From Piedraia hortae CBS 480.64 (Eukaryota): DNA of 64,000 nucleotides. Made by a program: the position numbers and the translations under genes. The notes under the pieces were generated by a model. That model ran no database searches, was not told the origin of the DNA, and was given only the letters and a program-made list of their open reading frames with translations. Within the stretch, counting starts at the first letter, position 1; each line of letters begins with the position of its first letter. Of this stretch, positions 22,839 to 33,189 are shown piece by piece. The DNA lies in contig MU005985.1 in assembly GCA_010093745.1 (NCBI GenBank), positions 124,001 through 188,000 of the forward strand, written 5' to 3'.

Positions 22839-23908
22839 TGGAATGCAGCGATACCGCCCGAGGAAGGAAGGGGGGGAGGGTGTCGATGGTGCTCAGAGGA
22901 ATATGAGCAAGGTGGATGGGAGGTAATGAATCGGGGTGATACTGGGAAGATGATGGGGGCTGGAGGGGTATATTTGTGTTGGTGAGACGGTGGGGGATAT
23001 TGTGGTTGTTTGATGTTTTGAGAGGGGGTGGGAGAAAAGTATACATTGTTATTTGATTGGAAGGGGGCAATGTGCTCGACAGGCAGAGGTCATGACTGGG
23101 ATGGTGAATTTAAGGTTTGGGGTAGATTTGGGGGGACGTGGTAGATGGTTTCTTGGGCAGACATGAGAAAGAGTTGGATAACACGTGGGGATAAAAGTGA
23201 GTGTGACAGGTGGGTACTGTAAAAGCTGGGGTTGTGGGTGGCAGGTGGAGACCTCAGCTCGCTGGGGGGATTTCATGTACTCCTTCGGTGCATCGTGAGG
23301 GGGAAGACTTCTTAAGTGCTGGGTGGTGTTTCATCACAGACTTGGCCCGGAAGATCCTTGATTACTCGTCTTGGTCGATCGTATGCAAGGGGGCAGCTTG
23401 GAAGGAGGGTTGCTTTTCTCGTGTTATCTTCTTCCTCGTTAGGCTCACTGGACGCATCACTTTGTCACTTCTCTCACTGTCTACAGCTGGGTTTTGGGCG
23501 TAGGCTTGTAATATAATCTTGCAGCAGTTTAGAAGAGGGAAGTGGTGGTCAGGATGAAGAGATGACTGGAAATCAGTCGAGGAAAAATGTCAAGTAGCTC
23601 TTGACGTTTACACTTGTTCCTTCCTCGGTTTCTCTGTTGGATTTACCGCAAAGACGCATGGTGGAAGAGTTTCCATAGATCAAGCAGCTCATTCCTTCAA
23701 CTGATCTTCTTTCACTGGCAGCCATCATACTCTTGTCCTTGATTCTATCTAGCAGTTTCCTTTCCAGCTTCCAGACCATCCAACATCCTGACGGCCCTTC
23801 CGCTACCCACAGAAAATCTGTCATAACCCCAAAATTTTCTTGGCGCCCCACCCAACCCAAATCCCAACCGCAAAGGGTCCCCACCTCTACCCATCACACC
23901 GACAAAAA

Positions 23909-24527
23909 ATGCAACTCCACCTCCTCACCCTCCTCACCACGCTCCTCTGCCTCTTCGGGGTAGAGGCGGGGAAGAAACACGAGGCCTTCAAGTATGGGAT
24001 CTGGATCACTGGCTACGGTAATGACAACTGCGAAGATCCGCCGCGGCTGAAGCGTGAAAACGCCTTACACGGACATTGCACGACATTTGGAAAGTACCGC
24101 GGACCGCTGACATCGATGCGCGCGAGCATCATGAACAAGTGGGACCTTGCTGATCGGTGCCGTATCTGGTTCTATTCGGATAAGAACTGTACGGGAAAAA
24201 GTTGGTATGCTGGTGGTGAGTCTTTTCAATTCTTACATCCAGGTGTTGCGGAGATATTGTTTGGGGGTTTCATTTCTTGTATTCTCCCCATTGTTTTTCT
24301 TGTTGCAACATCGTAAACCACTTATGCCCACAACTCGTTCATCCTTTCTTCTTAATCCTTCCAGCTGACCATTCTTCCCCTCCCCCTCCCAAAGCAGAAA
24401 CTAATAATGATTAGAGATCGGCAGAACGAAAGCTTTGTGCCGGAACATCGACACAGACAGCGGGTTCGCGGCATGGTCAGTCATAGCCATGTGCAAATAT
24501 CAATATCCCACCGCGAATATTCCATAA
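23909..24527 (+). CDS. Small secreted 6-Cys protein, array member D (exons 23909-24215, 24415-24527; 139 aa)
   Basis: Signal peptide MQLHLLTLLTTLLCLFGVEA. Intron 24216-24414 (GTGAGT..CTAAT..TAG). Exon 2 reads EIGRTKALCRNIDTDSGFAAWSVIAMCKYQYPTANIP* and is missed by the ORF track. Confidence 0.82.
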
Positions 24528-24683
24528 CGGCGAGGCAATAAAAGCAATCCCCATACCGATAGAATAAAAGGGAGCTAGATTACGGGAAAAGGTAATTGGA
24601 TTGTTGCAAAGAGGATATGCCGCTCAACTATTAAATTGTTCATCAGATAGCCTGGGGAAAGAGACTGTATTGTAAGATTAACA

Positions 24684-26315
24684 TTATACTGCCTTCAATC
24701 TGGTCAATTTCCTGGGTTTTTTCTTTTGCTTGGCTTCAGCCTGAGGTTGAGGGGTTTCCTCCTGGAATTTCGATTCTTGGAGGTCGGTTGCAGAGTCCTT
24801 CGCCTCTCCGAGTCTCTGCTGAGGATCTGCCTTCCCGTCATCTAGAATATCGCCTTTAGAGGCTGCAGCAGGAGGGTTCCCACCTTTCTCCTGTTCGGAC
24901 GACACATCCGGTACTTTCTTCTTCATGGACACACCGATTTTCCTCGGCTTCTTCCGCTGCTTGACTTCGGGCTTTTCGTTTGGAGTGTCACCCTTGATCT
25001 CAGCGTCATCCTTAGCCTTCCGCTCTGATTGATCCTCGTCGCCCATCTTGCGCGAAGCACCTACCCCTTCCACCATCTGATCAGCAGACTTCTCATCTCG
25101 CACAAGGCTCCCATTCACCGATCCACCTTTTTTCCCACTCCTGTTCCCCTTCACCAACCCAGCTTTCTTCCCCTTCTCCTTCCCCACCTTCCCCACCTTC
25201 CCCCCATCCTCCTCCACCTCAAACTCCACCCCTTCACCCCTACCCATCCTCTCGCATGCCGTCGCGAAAAGGAGGACATCTCTCTCCGCGCGAAGCGTTC
25301 CTCCATTTAACCTCAACGGCGTCGGCACGAACTCAACCTTCACACCCCTCTTCTTGACCAACTCTCCAAATTTCTCCTCACAGGGGATTCTCGTTCCCTC
25401 CTCCCTCCCCTCTTCCGCCCCACATGCAGGCCACAACCCCTCCCCTTCCCCCTCAACAAGCGTGAGGATTTCATTCCTCTTATTCGAGAGTAGCACATTT
25501 CCAGGACGGGGATTTATTTCCCCCGACCGCTCACGGGTATGTGGTAAGGAGAGGAATTCAGGCGGTGGGTAGAGCGGATGGAGAGCGGTATAGGCTTGAT
25601 AGCCGGCATAGAGGGAGGAGAAGGAACCTGAGCCGGAGAGGGCGGCGAGACTGGCTGCTCCGATGGGAGTGCGGGAGAGGGAGAGGAGTTGCGCTAGGTA
25701 GGGGGCGGTGGGGTCGGGGTGGAACTATCCTTGTTAGTAGGGGAAGGGTTTTTGGGGTTGGGTGAGTAGTGGGAGGGGAGTTTCCACGCCTGAGAATCTA
25801 TGATGGGAGATTGGAGGGAGGAGAGAATTGTTTCTTTTCTCTCACGTTCACCCACCCGCCCGCCCACCCAAAGTGAATGAAAGAAAACTTACATCACCAG
25901 TGACATTCGCCAAAGAAGCAGGAATATATTCTCCCCAAGTCTTCCACTTCCGCTGATCTTCCTTTGGGATCTCCTTCCCCTTACCGCGAAAGGAAGGGAT
26001 ATATGAGCCCCAAGTTCTCTTTTGGGGGGTAGAGTCCTCTTTCAATGCGGTCGAGATAATCCGTTGGGCATCTTCTTTGGATGGGAGATCTCTCTCCTTG
26101 ATCTTCTCTCCCTTCTCCCCATTTCTGGACTCCTCACCATCAGAAACAACAAAAGCCCAGATCTCCACGTCCCCGTGTGAGAACCTGACCGTCCGTCCCT
26201 TTGGAAGGGCAACGGCAACCCCCTCTTCATACGGAATTGGATTCGACATAATGGTGGAAAGAATGACGTCGTCGGCGTTTACCGACATGTTACGTAGTAC
26301 AAAAGGATCCATCAT
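24684..26315 (-). CDS. Hypothetical protein with Lys/Glu-rich C-terminus, 2 exons (26315-25893, 25724-24684; ~487 aa)
   Basis: Phase-0 intron 25725-25892 (GTAAGT..CTAAC..TAG) joins VTGD to FHPDPTAPYLAQLL and runs into the 24684 ORF. Start uncertain (26315 or 26288). Confidence 0.6.
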
Positions 26316-26373
26316 CTCAATATATATGCACATCATAAAAAACACAAAAGGGGGGAAATTTCTCCGACAGGGC

Positions 26374-27375
26374 TCACAAATCCTGCCCCACAGCAACGCT
26401 TCCACATCCAGTCTGGATGAAGAATCCTGTTCCAGGGCTTAGGTTCTTGCCGCCGGGCGAATAGCTAAGGGCAAGACCACACGAAGGGCTGGTGTACCAG
26501 AGAAAGCAGTTTCCAGCGTCTTTATCGTCTTCGCTTGCGGCGCAGTTGGGCGTATCGACGCACATCTGGCAACAAGCCGAGGGATCGCTGCCGGGTGCGA
26601 GGCCCTGCGTACCGTTTGAGCTACCCTGAACGGCGCCGATGCCTTTGCCGTTGACTTGGGTTATCATGTTTGTTGGGGCGCATTTGACGTGTTGTGTTGT
26701 TGTGCCAGTTGAGTCGCCTTGGGTTACGGTGCAGACTCCGGCATTGGCGCTGGCCGAGGCGGTCACTGTCACGGTTGAAGTCACGGTTGAGGCTGGCTGA
26801 GCGTCTTCTTGGACCGCACACATCGCAGTCACGTTTTCGCCTGCGGTGACATAGACGTGTGCGGTGACGCGGTCGAGACAGTCGACTTCATATGGTTTGC
26901 GGTCGACTGGCTCGAGGCTTTCGACTCTGTTGCGGCCGTAGTAATGTACCAGAGGCGAGGCCCAGTGTGGTGCGCGGTGGCCAAAGGGACCTTGTGTACG
27001 TCGAGCCAAGGCTGTGTCGAGGCTGCCTGTATATGAAGTCTGCTTGCCGCTCGCACTGACGGTTGTCGTCGTAGAGCAGGCCGAGTTTGAAGCTGGCACT
27101 GTGGTGGTGGTGGTGGTGGTGACTGTGACCGTAGACGGTGCTGCGCTAGACGAAACCTCCTCTGAAGTACAATCCTCGTTGCTAGTAATCGACGACAGCG
27201 TCGACGGCGTCGTGGTTGAAACCACTGTATGGGTAATATATCTAGTCGACGTCGGCAGAGACGACAACTCGGACGCCATGGGCCGGATCTTGGTGATGCA
27301 TGTTTGCTTGCAGTTCAGCACGGTCGATGCGCCAGCAACGACTCCCACCAGCAACGTCCAAACGGCCACTTGCAT
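26374..27375 (-). CDS. Secreted Ser/Thr-rich protein with C-terminal Cys-rich (Apple/PAN-like) domain
   Basis: Signal peptide MQVAVWTLLVGVVAG, mucin-like TVTVT tracts, C-terminal SACCQMCVDTPNCAAS...GNCFLWY...CG. Confidence 0.75.
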   Translation of the reverse strand: MQVAVWTLLVGVVAGASTVLNCKQTCITKIRPMASELSSLPTSTRYITHTVVSTTTPSTLSSITSNEDCTSEEVSSSAAPSTVTVTTTTTTTVPASNSACSTTTTVSASGKQTSYTGSLDTALARRTQGPFGHRAPHWASPLVHYYGRNRVESLEPVDRKPYEVDCLDRVTAHVYVTAGENVTAMCAVQEDAQPASTVTSTVTVTASASANAGVCTVTQGDSTGTTTQHVKCAPTNMITQVNGKGIGAVQGSSNGTQGLAPGSDPSACCQMCVDTPNCAASEDDKDAGNCFLWYTSPSCGLALSYSPGGKNLSPGTGFFIQTGCGSVAVGQDL

Positions 27376-27772
27376 TTTGCCTAAAAGTCAAGCAGTGCAA
27401 AGTGTTTGTGAGCTGACAACGAACGCAGGAAACAAAGAGGTTTTAAAGAGATTGCTACGCATGGCGGGGTCCTGGTGATTTCCTGGCCGGGGTGTGTTCC
27501 GAGTATTGGTGAATCAAGCTGGTGAAGCGTAGCGCTTGATTATTCTTAGCAGGGAATTCGCCCAGTAGACTTTCGGGAGACCGTTTGGCTGGCGGCCCGT
27601 GCCGCTGTACCATCCTGATTGGGCAATCAAGGCCAACCGATCGGGACCCCCTGCGTCTTCGCCAATTCCTCCTGCGCTGATCGACAGCGTTCCTGAGCGA
27701 CCGTGGCCAATCTCTGACATCTCGTAGTACTTTCTTTCCTTGCTGGTTCCGTTTGCCGAAACTATCGTCACA

Positions 27773-29350
27773 TCATAGTGCGGGCGCCGTCCACGCCTCA
27801 CGCCGTAACTTCATCAAATTGCTCTGCTTGTGCTCAAGCGTCACCTCTCGTTCCTTGTAGAAGCCGAGTGCCTCGGTGTAGCGCCGCAGCTTCTCGTTGT
27901 CCACGCGGGGCTCCATGACCACCGTCTCGGTGCGCATGTCCGCCATCCAGCAGTAGTGTACCAGCGCACTGAGCCACACGGCAACGCGATGGGGCCCGCG
28001 GAACTCATTCTCTCCCACCAGCACATGCAGTCCGCGGTCCCAGTTGCCGCACTCGCTAAGATGCCTTCCCAGCCTGTCTTCTTTGACCCAGTAGATTTCA
28101 AAGTAGCCAAACGGCCGCCCGTCAAAGCAGCCGATGGCGGGAAAGGAATGCCGCGACTCCAGGCCTTGCTTCAGAAACCTCTCTTGATGCGACGACGGCC
28201 CTCCCTCGCCCCAGCTGTGTGCCACGCGCTCGTCGTTCATCCACTTGTGCAACAGCTCGACATCTGTCATGTTCATCGTTGCATGTTGCTCCGACTGCTC
28301 CAAGGTCTTGATTGTGGGCAGGACGGGCTCACTATAAGACGACATCAAGGTGGCCCCAACGCTCTCGCGTGTCATCGGTGACCCGATCCCTGCATCGGGA
28401 ATCCAGGTTGATGTAGGACCGCCAGGTCGCACTGGAACGTTGCTGAGGCTGGCCACGCGGAAACTCAAGTACTGGCCCAGGCTGGGCACAAATCGCGTGT
28501 AGAAGATCTCGCCCTGCCGAGGGGGCTTGGCTCTAATCGGGTGTCGTACACCGTTTGTCATGGTGAACCGCAGCGGATGCGGTGGGTAGTAGGTGGGCAG
28601 GTGCGACGATGACCCAAAGGGGCCCGGCGGTGTGCCTGTCCGACCCACCTGCGCTGCTCTGGCCGATGCAGCCTGCAGCGCAGCGCCAACGTCATTCTGT
28701 CGGCGCTCAGGGCTACTCGGCCGACTGCTTGTTGGGCTGGCAAGGGGGTAAGGTGTGCCTGAGTAACCCAGGTTCAGCTGGAAGAGATAGATGCGTGGGT
28801 CCATCTGCCAAAATGCTCGCTGAGAGACCATCATTTTGCCCCAGCCGTCTTCGGGGCCACTCCCAACACTCGATTCTTCAGTCGAGATCAGTCCCATGCG
28901 TTCAAATTTGGCCAGTAGGTTCCTGCCCTTGAAGATTCCTTCGGCATCGATATTGATGATCCAGTCTCCTTGTGGTCTGCCTTCCAGAGGCGTGTTGGAG
29001 CTGGCTGCGGTCGTTAAGTGTTTATCTGGCTCTGGCTGGTGAAAATACCACCATAGTGTTGCCCACAACATCATGGCAATCTGCCTTGTCGTGCTACCGG
29101 ACGGCCTGAACTCGTTGGCAGTCGGGTTGGAAATGGACGAAATGTAGACATGGTCATTCCGCAGACTGGGCGTGCGGAATCGCTGCGTCTGTCGACTGTC
29201 CTCGCTCTTCTGAAGGATCACAATGGTCCATCCAGGAGGCACAAGGCTGTGCGGGCCAGAAACTTCATCCGCCTTGAACTGTATACCGCCAAACACGGGC
29301 GTCACAGACAGGCGCTGCCCATTTGGCAGATGGGCTACAGACGGAGCCAT
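27773..29350 (-). CDS. sidL: Siderophore biosynthesis N5-hydroxyornithine acetyltransferase (SidL-like GNAT/AlcB)
   Basis: HLPNGQ..VTPVFGG N-terminus; LLHKWMNDERVAHSWGE, PFGYFEIYWVKEDRLG, DRGLHVLVGE.EFRG, MEPRVDN are IucB/AlcB-family motifs. Confidence 0.8.
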   Translation of the reverse strand: MAPSVAHLPNGQRLSVTPVFGGIQFKADEVSGPHSLVPPGWTIVILQKSEDSRQTQRFRTPSLRNDHVYISSISNPTANEFRPSGSTTRQIAMMLWATLWWYFHQPEPDKHLTTAASSNTPLEGRPQGDWIINIDAEGIFKGRNLLAKFERMGLISTEESSVGSGPEDGWGKMMVSQRAFWQMDPRIYLFQLNLGYSGTPYPLASPTSSRPSSPERRQNDVGAALQAASARAAQVGRTGTPPGPFGSSSHLPTYYPPHPLRFTMTNGVRHPIRAKPPRQGEIFYTRFVPSLGQYLSFRVASLSNVPVRPGGPTSTWIPDAGIGSPMTRESVGATLMSSYSEPVLPTIKTLEQSEQHATMNMTDVELLHKWMNDERVAHSWGEGGPSSHQERFLKQGLESRHSFPAIGCFDGRPFGYFEIYWVKEDRLGRHLSECGNWDRGLHVLVGENEFRGPHRVAVWLSALVHYCWMADMRTETVVMEPRVDNEKLRRYTEALGFYKEREVTLEHKQSNLMKLRREAWTAPAL

Positions 29351-29620
29351 CTATCTACTGCTATGAAGGGTTTTTTTTTTTACATCTGATCAGAAATCTC
29401 TGCGTGGTGGTGGTGGTGCCACGATTAGTCATGAACAACCACCGTCTCTGCAACGTGACGTTTGACTCGTCCAGACGTTTGCAGCCCAATACATTTCTAT
29501 ATTTTGGCTGCATGCCATTGCATACCGCTGCATGTAAGATATCACGCGCATCAGAACTCTGCCTCACTGGACGGAGGTATCTGATGAGAAGCCCTCCTCC
29601 CCCTCGCATCCAGAAAAGAC

Positions 29621-32600
29621 ATGGTATCTAGCCAGCCCTCGCTTGGCGACCCATGCCAGACGAGCTGGTTGGATGTGGATAGCAGCAGGGGATCAAATAG
29701 CCGGGCCCCGTCGCCAAAGTCGCCGCACGTGTTCTTGCAACCGACAGCGACAGACGGCCATGCGCATTTCTCGGGATCCGAGAAGCCGCTGTGGACGGCG
29801 AGCGTCGAGTCTGCATCGGTTATGCGTCATCCAACAGCGCAGACTGCCCCAGAAACCCCTACATTCTCTGTTTATGCATTGCCAGACGGTAGCTCCTCCT
29901 ACACTTTCGCTGCTCAACCCATGCCACATGCGTTGCACTCCCCACGCATTGTAACGCCCACCAGTGGCTCTAAACCGAGTCCAAGAGGCTCCAAAGAGAT
30001 GCAAGCAAATGCTTCGCTTGGGTCTCGGAGTGCTCCTCGAACGCCAGAACCTATTGGTTTGGGGATCCGCAATGCTTCCTTTTCATCGCAGATCAGCAAT
30101 ACTTCGAGTTCCCTTTCACAGACCATTGGCACCCCCTATAGCAGCACTTCTTCTTCTTTCCCTTTACCACAGCACGGCGGTAAAAGACCACTCACAACTG
30201 GATTTACGGCAAAAGTTGGCCAACACACCGTCCCGACACACCACTCATCGTCACGTCCAGCAAAGGCTGAAAACCGTAGATCGCGTCTTCCCAATCCTAT
30301 TTCATTCCTTTCGCGTCGAAAAAGCGGCCAAGACGGAGCCCCGTCGACGGCAGCACAGGCTTATTCTGAGCAGACATCCACTCCAGATTCTGGAAAGTGT
30401 GATTTCGATCCACGCATCAAGGGCAATGTAGTACACGATTTCAGTACTCCTCTGAAGTCAGATGCTGGGCCGCTAAACTCCTCTGGTGGGAGCTCCATAG
30501 ACATGCTTTCCAAGCAAGTCTTGCCCGAAGCTCGTTCAGCGAATCCGCGGAAAAGCATACATTCTCCCATCTTCCGCGAAATGCTGGATGAGGAGCCCGA
30601 ACAGAGCAAGCGGATCAACGCTGAGCAGCTGGAGAATCGCGACTTTCTCCGGCGTGCCTCCAACATCCCTCCAGGTCAATCTGCCCTGCCCCCATTTGCA
30701 CGACGCAGTCAGCATCTGGACACTCACCTAGCCAGTCTAGGCTCTCGACAAAGCAATCCTCCAAAAGCAAGTGAGTCTGGCAGCACAGTCGAAGGCTCTT
30801 CACACGAACGAGATCTTAGCCCCGTCTCACCAGCTACCTGGTCCGAACAATGTCTAGGTTCGCGGCCTCTTTCGGACGTCTCTCCTCTGACCTCAACAGC
30901 CTCCACACCTGCCCCGGAGCAGCAAAAGGAAACCGCTTCCAGTCCGAGCAAAAGTCCTGTGCCATCTGTGCAGTCTGTGCAGATAGCATCGGAAGAATAT
31001 GACATTACTCCCCATCTTATGCAAGCAGAGACGTTTGACGTTAGCGATTCACGCCGGAGCATGGCCAAATTGGTTGATCAGCATGGTGAGACTGCCAGTG
31101 CCTCAGACGGGGCGATTCTCGAGCCTCGACCGTCCAACGTTGCCCGTTTCTCCTTCCAACTTGGTGAAAGCGCGGCTCAGGAGCAAGCTCTGGAAGAAAA
31201 GCACCGTGAAATCGAGTGCGAGAAGCTGGCAAAACCTTCCCCGGAAGAGGACAATAAAGGAGGAGATGTGGAAGCGCTGGATGGCTCGGATGACGGCTCC
31301 GTCTATCGTCCGGAAACGCAGGAAATCACGTATGCCGAACACCCCGATTTTCGCACCATGTCGGCTCTTGCTGGGTATTGGCAAACTCCATCACAGATGA
31401 CCCTGATAGAGTCTCAGATGCCTCCCAGAGGTCACGTATCCAAACCTAGCGATGGCTCAGAGTCTCCATCCGGCCCTCAATCACCCGAATTTGCGGTTGA
31501 AGCCCGGGCTCGTTCCTGCTTTTACATGCTACCGCAGGCCGCTGGCCACCAGATTAGAAGCCACCATCGCCAAGACTGCAGCTTGAGCTTTTGTAGACAG
31601 TTGAGTGACACAGAGTCATCCGTAGAGAGTCACCGGGGCCACCTGTCTCAGTCTACTATTGCCGGGAGCACGGCATCTGAAGCTCGCACAGTCTCGACTG
31701 CTTGGGGCCATTCTGGGCCCACAGATGTCAGCGATGTCGATAGTCGACCCGGCTCTGAGTTAACTTGCACGGGTGGAGCCAACCATACCCCTTTGTCGGC
31801 CCACTCCCGCTGGAATGTCTCCATGGCGTCAGCGACTAGATCCATGTCCAACGGTGACCTTTACTTCGACGACGGCTGCTTCGAACATGATATTGGAAAT
31901 CCTTACTTTGATGAACAAACTGGCAAATTTAATGAGGAGGCTTTTGACGACGATACCTTTCTGAACCCAACAAATCGATTACAGAGCAAGTCTCCTATAG
32001 ATCGTTTACGGAGCAAGTCCCCTAGAGAACGATTACAGAGCAAGTCGCCTATCCCGTCGAGTGCTGGAGGCCCATACCCCTCCTTTGCACGAGGAGCCAA
32101 CCATGCCCAAGCCTCGCAGAGAGATACCCAAATGCTGCTGGAGGACCTCCCGCTATTCGTACCCACCGATCCCAAGGCCATTCCTCAGCGCAACCCCAGC
32201 GAAGATGCCAAACGTCTGGGTCTCACTGGCCTTGTGCCACCACTTCCGGTATACTCCGCGGATCCAGAGGCCATGACGAAGATGCAGACCAGCCTCAATG
32301 CATATCATGCAGCGTTGGCAAAAAGTGCTAATCGTGCGGCTGCCGAGGGACGCTTTATACGCCAGCCTAGTATCTCATCGGAGCCGGCAAATCCGCAGCC
32401 TTCTCCCGATGACAGGAGTTTGTATTCACAGGACGATGCTGCGCAAAGCCCGTCAAAAATGGAGTTTGATTTCGGCTTTGACGACCCGCCAGTGGATGAA
32501 GACGACGATATGGTAGCGGCGGCCAACGCTGATGTGTTGTCAAGCGAAGACGCTGCCTTTTACGGACAAGAATTTGGCTTCTACGCAAGGGCAAGACCCT

Positions 32601-32980
32601 ATTCTGAAGCCGGCGAACCGGTGAATGGGGGCTACTTTGGTAAAGAGGGCGATGATGGGCTCACACGGCGGAAAAGCATCAAAGAACCAAACCTGACGCC
32701 GATTACGGAGCGCTCCGAATTTAGCAGGCGCAGTTCCGCTGTGAACTTTAGCAGTTCATGCAGTGCAATGACACCGGGGACGCCGGGCGGTGTGACTCCG
32801 TTTGAACAGTTTCGCAGGATGCGAGCTGCACAGGCGGAAAGGGAAGAGGGTTGGGGAAGCCCGAGGTCGAAGCCGAGAACGCTTGTCTCACATCTGGGGC
32901 CTGGCAGCTCTCCGCTGTCAATCAGCCGCAGCCCCAACGGGTCTCCGCTGCCTCAGATTCGAGCAAAGAAGGCGATTTGA
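29621..32980 (+). CDS. Large Ser/Pro-rich, largely disordered hypothetical protein (1119 aa)
   Basis: 3.36 kb uninterrupted ORF with short ordered islands (DFDPRIKGNVVHDFS, FYGQEFGFYA, VNGGYFG, EPNLTPITERSEFS). Confidence 0.8.
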   Translation: MVSSQPSLGDPCQTSWLDVDSSRGSNSRAPSPKSPHVFLQPTATDGHAHFSGSEKPLWTASVESASVMRHPTAQTAPETPTFSVYALPDGSSSYTFAAQPMPHALHSPRIVTPTSGSKPSPRGSKEMQANASLGSRSAPRTPEPIGLGIRNASFSSQISNTSSSLSQTIGTPYSSTSSSFPLPQHGGKRPLTTGFTAKVGQHTVPTHHSSSRPAKAENRRSRLPNPISFLSRRKSGQDGAPSTAAQAYSEQTSTPDSGKCDFDPRIKGNVVHDFSTPLKSDAGPLNSSGGSSIDMLSKQVLPEARSANPRKSIHSPIFREMLDEEPEQSKRINAEQLENRDFLRRASNIPPGQSALPPFARRSQHLDTHLASLGSRQSNPPKASESGSTVEGSSHERDLSPVSPATWSEQCLGSRPLSDVSPLTSTASTPAPEQQKETASSPSKSPVPSVQSVQIASEEYDITPHLMQAETFDVSDSRRSMAKLVDQHGETASASDGAILEPRPSNVARFSFQLGESAAQEQALEEKHREIECEKLAKPSPEEDNKGGDVEALDGSDDGSVYRPETQEITYAEHPDFRTMSALAGYWQTPSQMTLIESQMPPRGHVSKPSDGSESPSGPQSPEFAVEARARSCFYMLPQAAGHQIRSHHRQDCSLSFCRQLSDTESSVESHRGHLSQSTIAGSTASEARTVSTAWGHSGPTDVSDVDSRPGSELTCTGGANHTPLSAHSRWNVSMASATRSMSNGDLYFDDGCFEHDIGNPYFDEQTGKFNEEAFDDDTFLNPTNRLQSKSPIDRLRSKSPRERLQSKSPIPSSAGGPYPSFARGANHAQASQRDTQMLLEDLPLFVPTDPKAIPQRNPSEDAKRLGLTGLVPPLPVYSADPEAMTKMQTSLNAYHAALAKSANRAAAEGRFIRQPSISSEPANPQPSPDDRSLYSQDDAAQSPSKMEFDFGFDDPPVDEDDDMVAAANADVLSSEDAAFYGQEFGFYARARPYSEAGEPVNGGYFGKEGDDGLTRRKSIKEPNLTPITERSEFSRRSSAVNFSSSCSAMTPGTPGGVTPFEQFRRMRAAQAEREEGWGSPRSKPRTLVSHLGPGSSPLSISRSPNGSPLPQIRAKKAI
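31973..32053 (+). repeat. Imperfect 27-bp coding repeat x3 (NRLQSKSPI / DRLRSKSPR / ERLQSKSPI)
   Basis: Visible directly in both DNA and translation. Confidence 0.85.
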
Positions 32981-33189
32981 TGGAGCGTTGAGCACTGTAA
33001 AAATACCTAATACCATACCTAATACGAACTTTACCGTAACAACTGTAATCGAAAACGCCCTCCGCGGGGCCGTGCTCGGCAAGCCATGACCACCCGAGGA
33101 TCAGCCGCCGCGAGAATTCTGCCCTTCTCTCCTTTCCGCCTTAGCTCCTCACCTATCAGCTTCCTCATCCATCACCTTCCATCGTCAAC

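Noticed and set aside
27773..29350. Siderophore biosynthetic gene cluster
   Set aside because: Only a SidL-like acetyltransferase is present, with no NRPS, ornithine monooxygenase or siderophore transporter in the window. sidL is known to be unclustered in Aspergillus.
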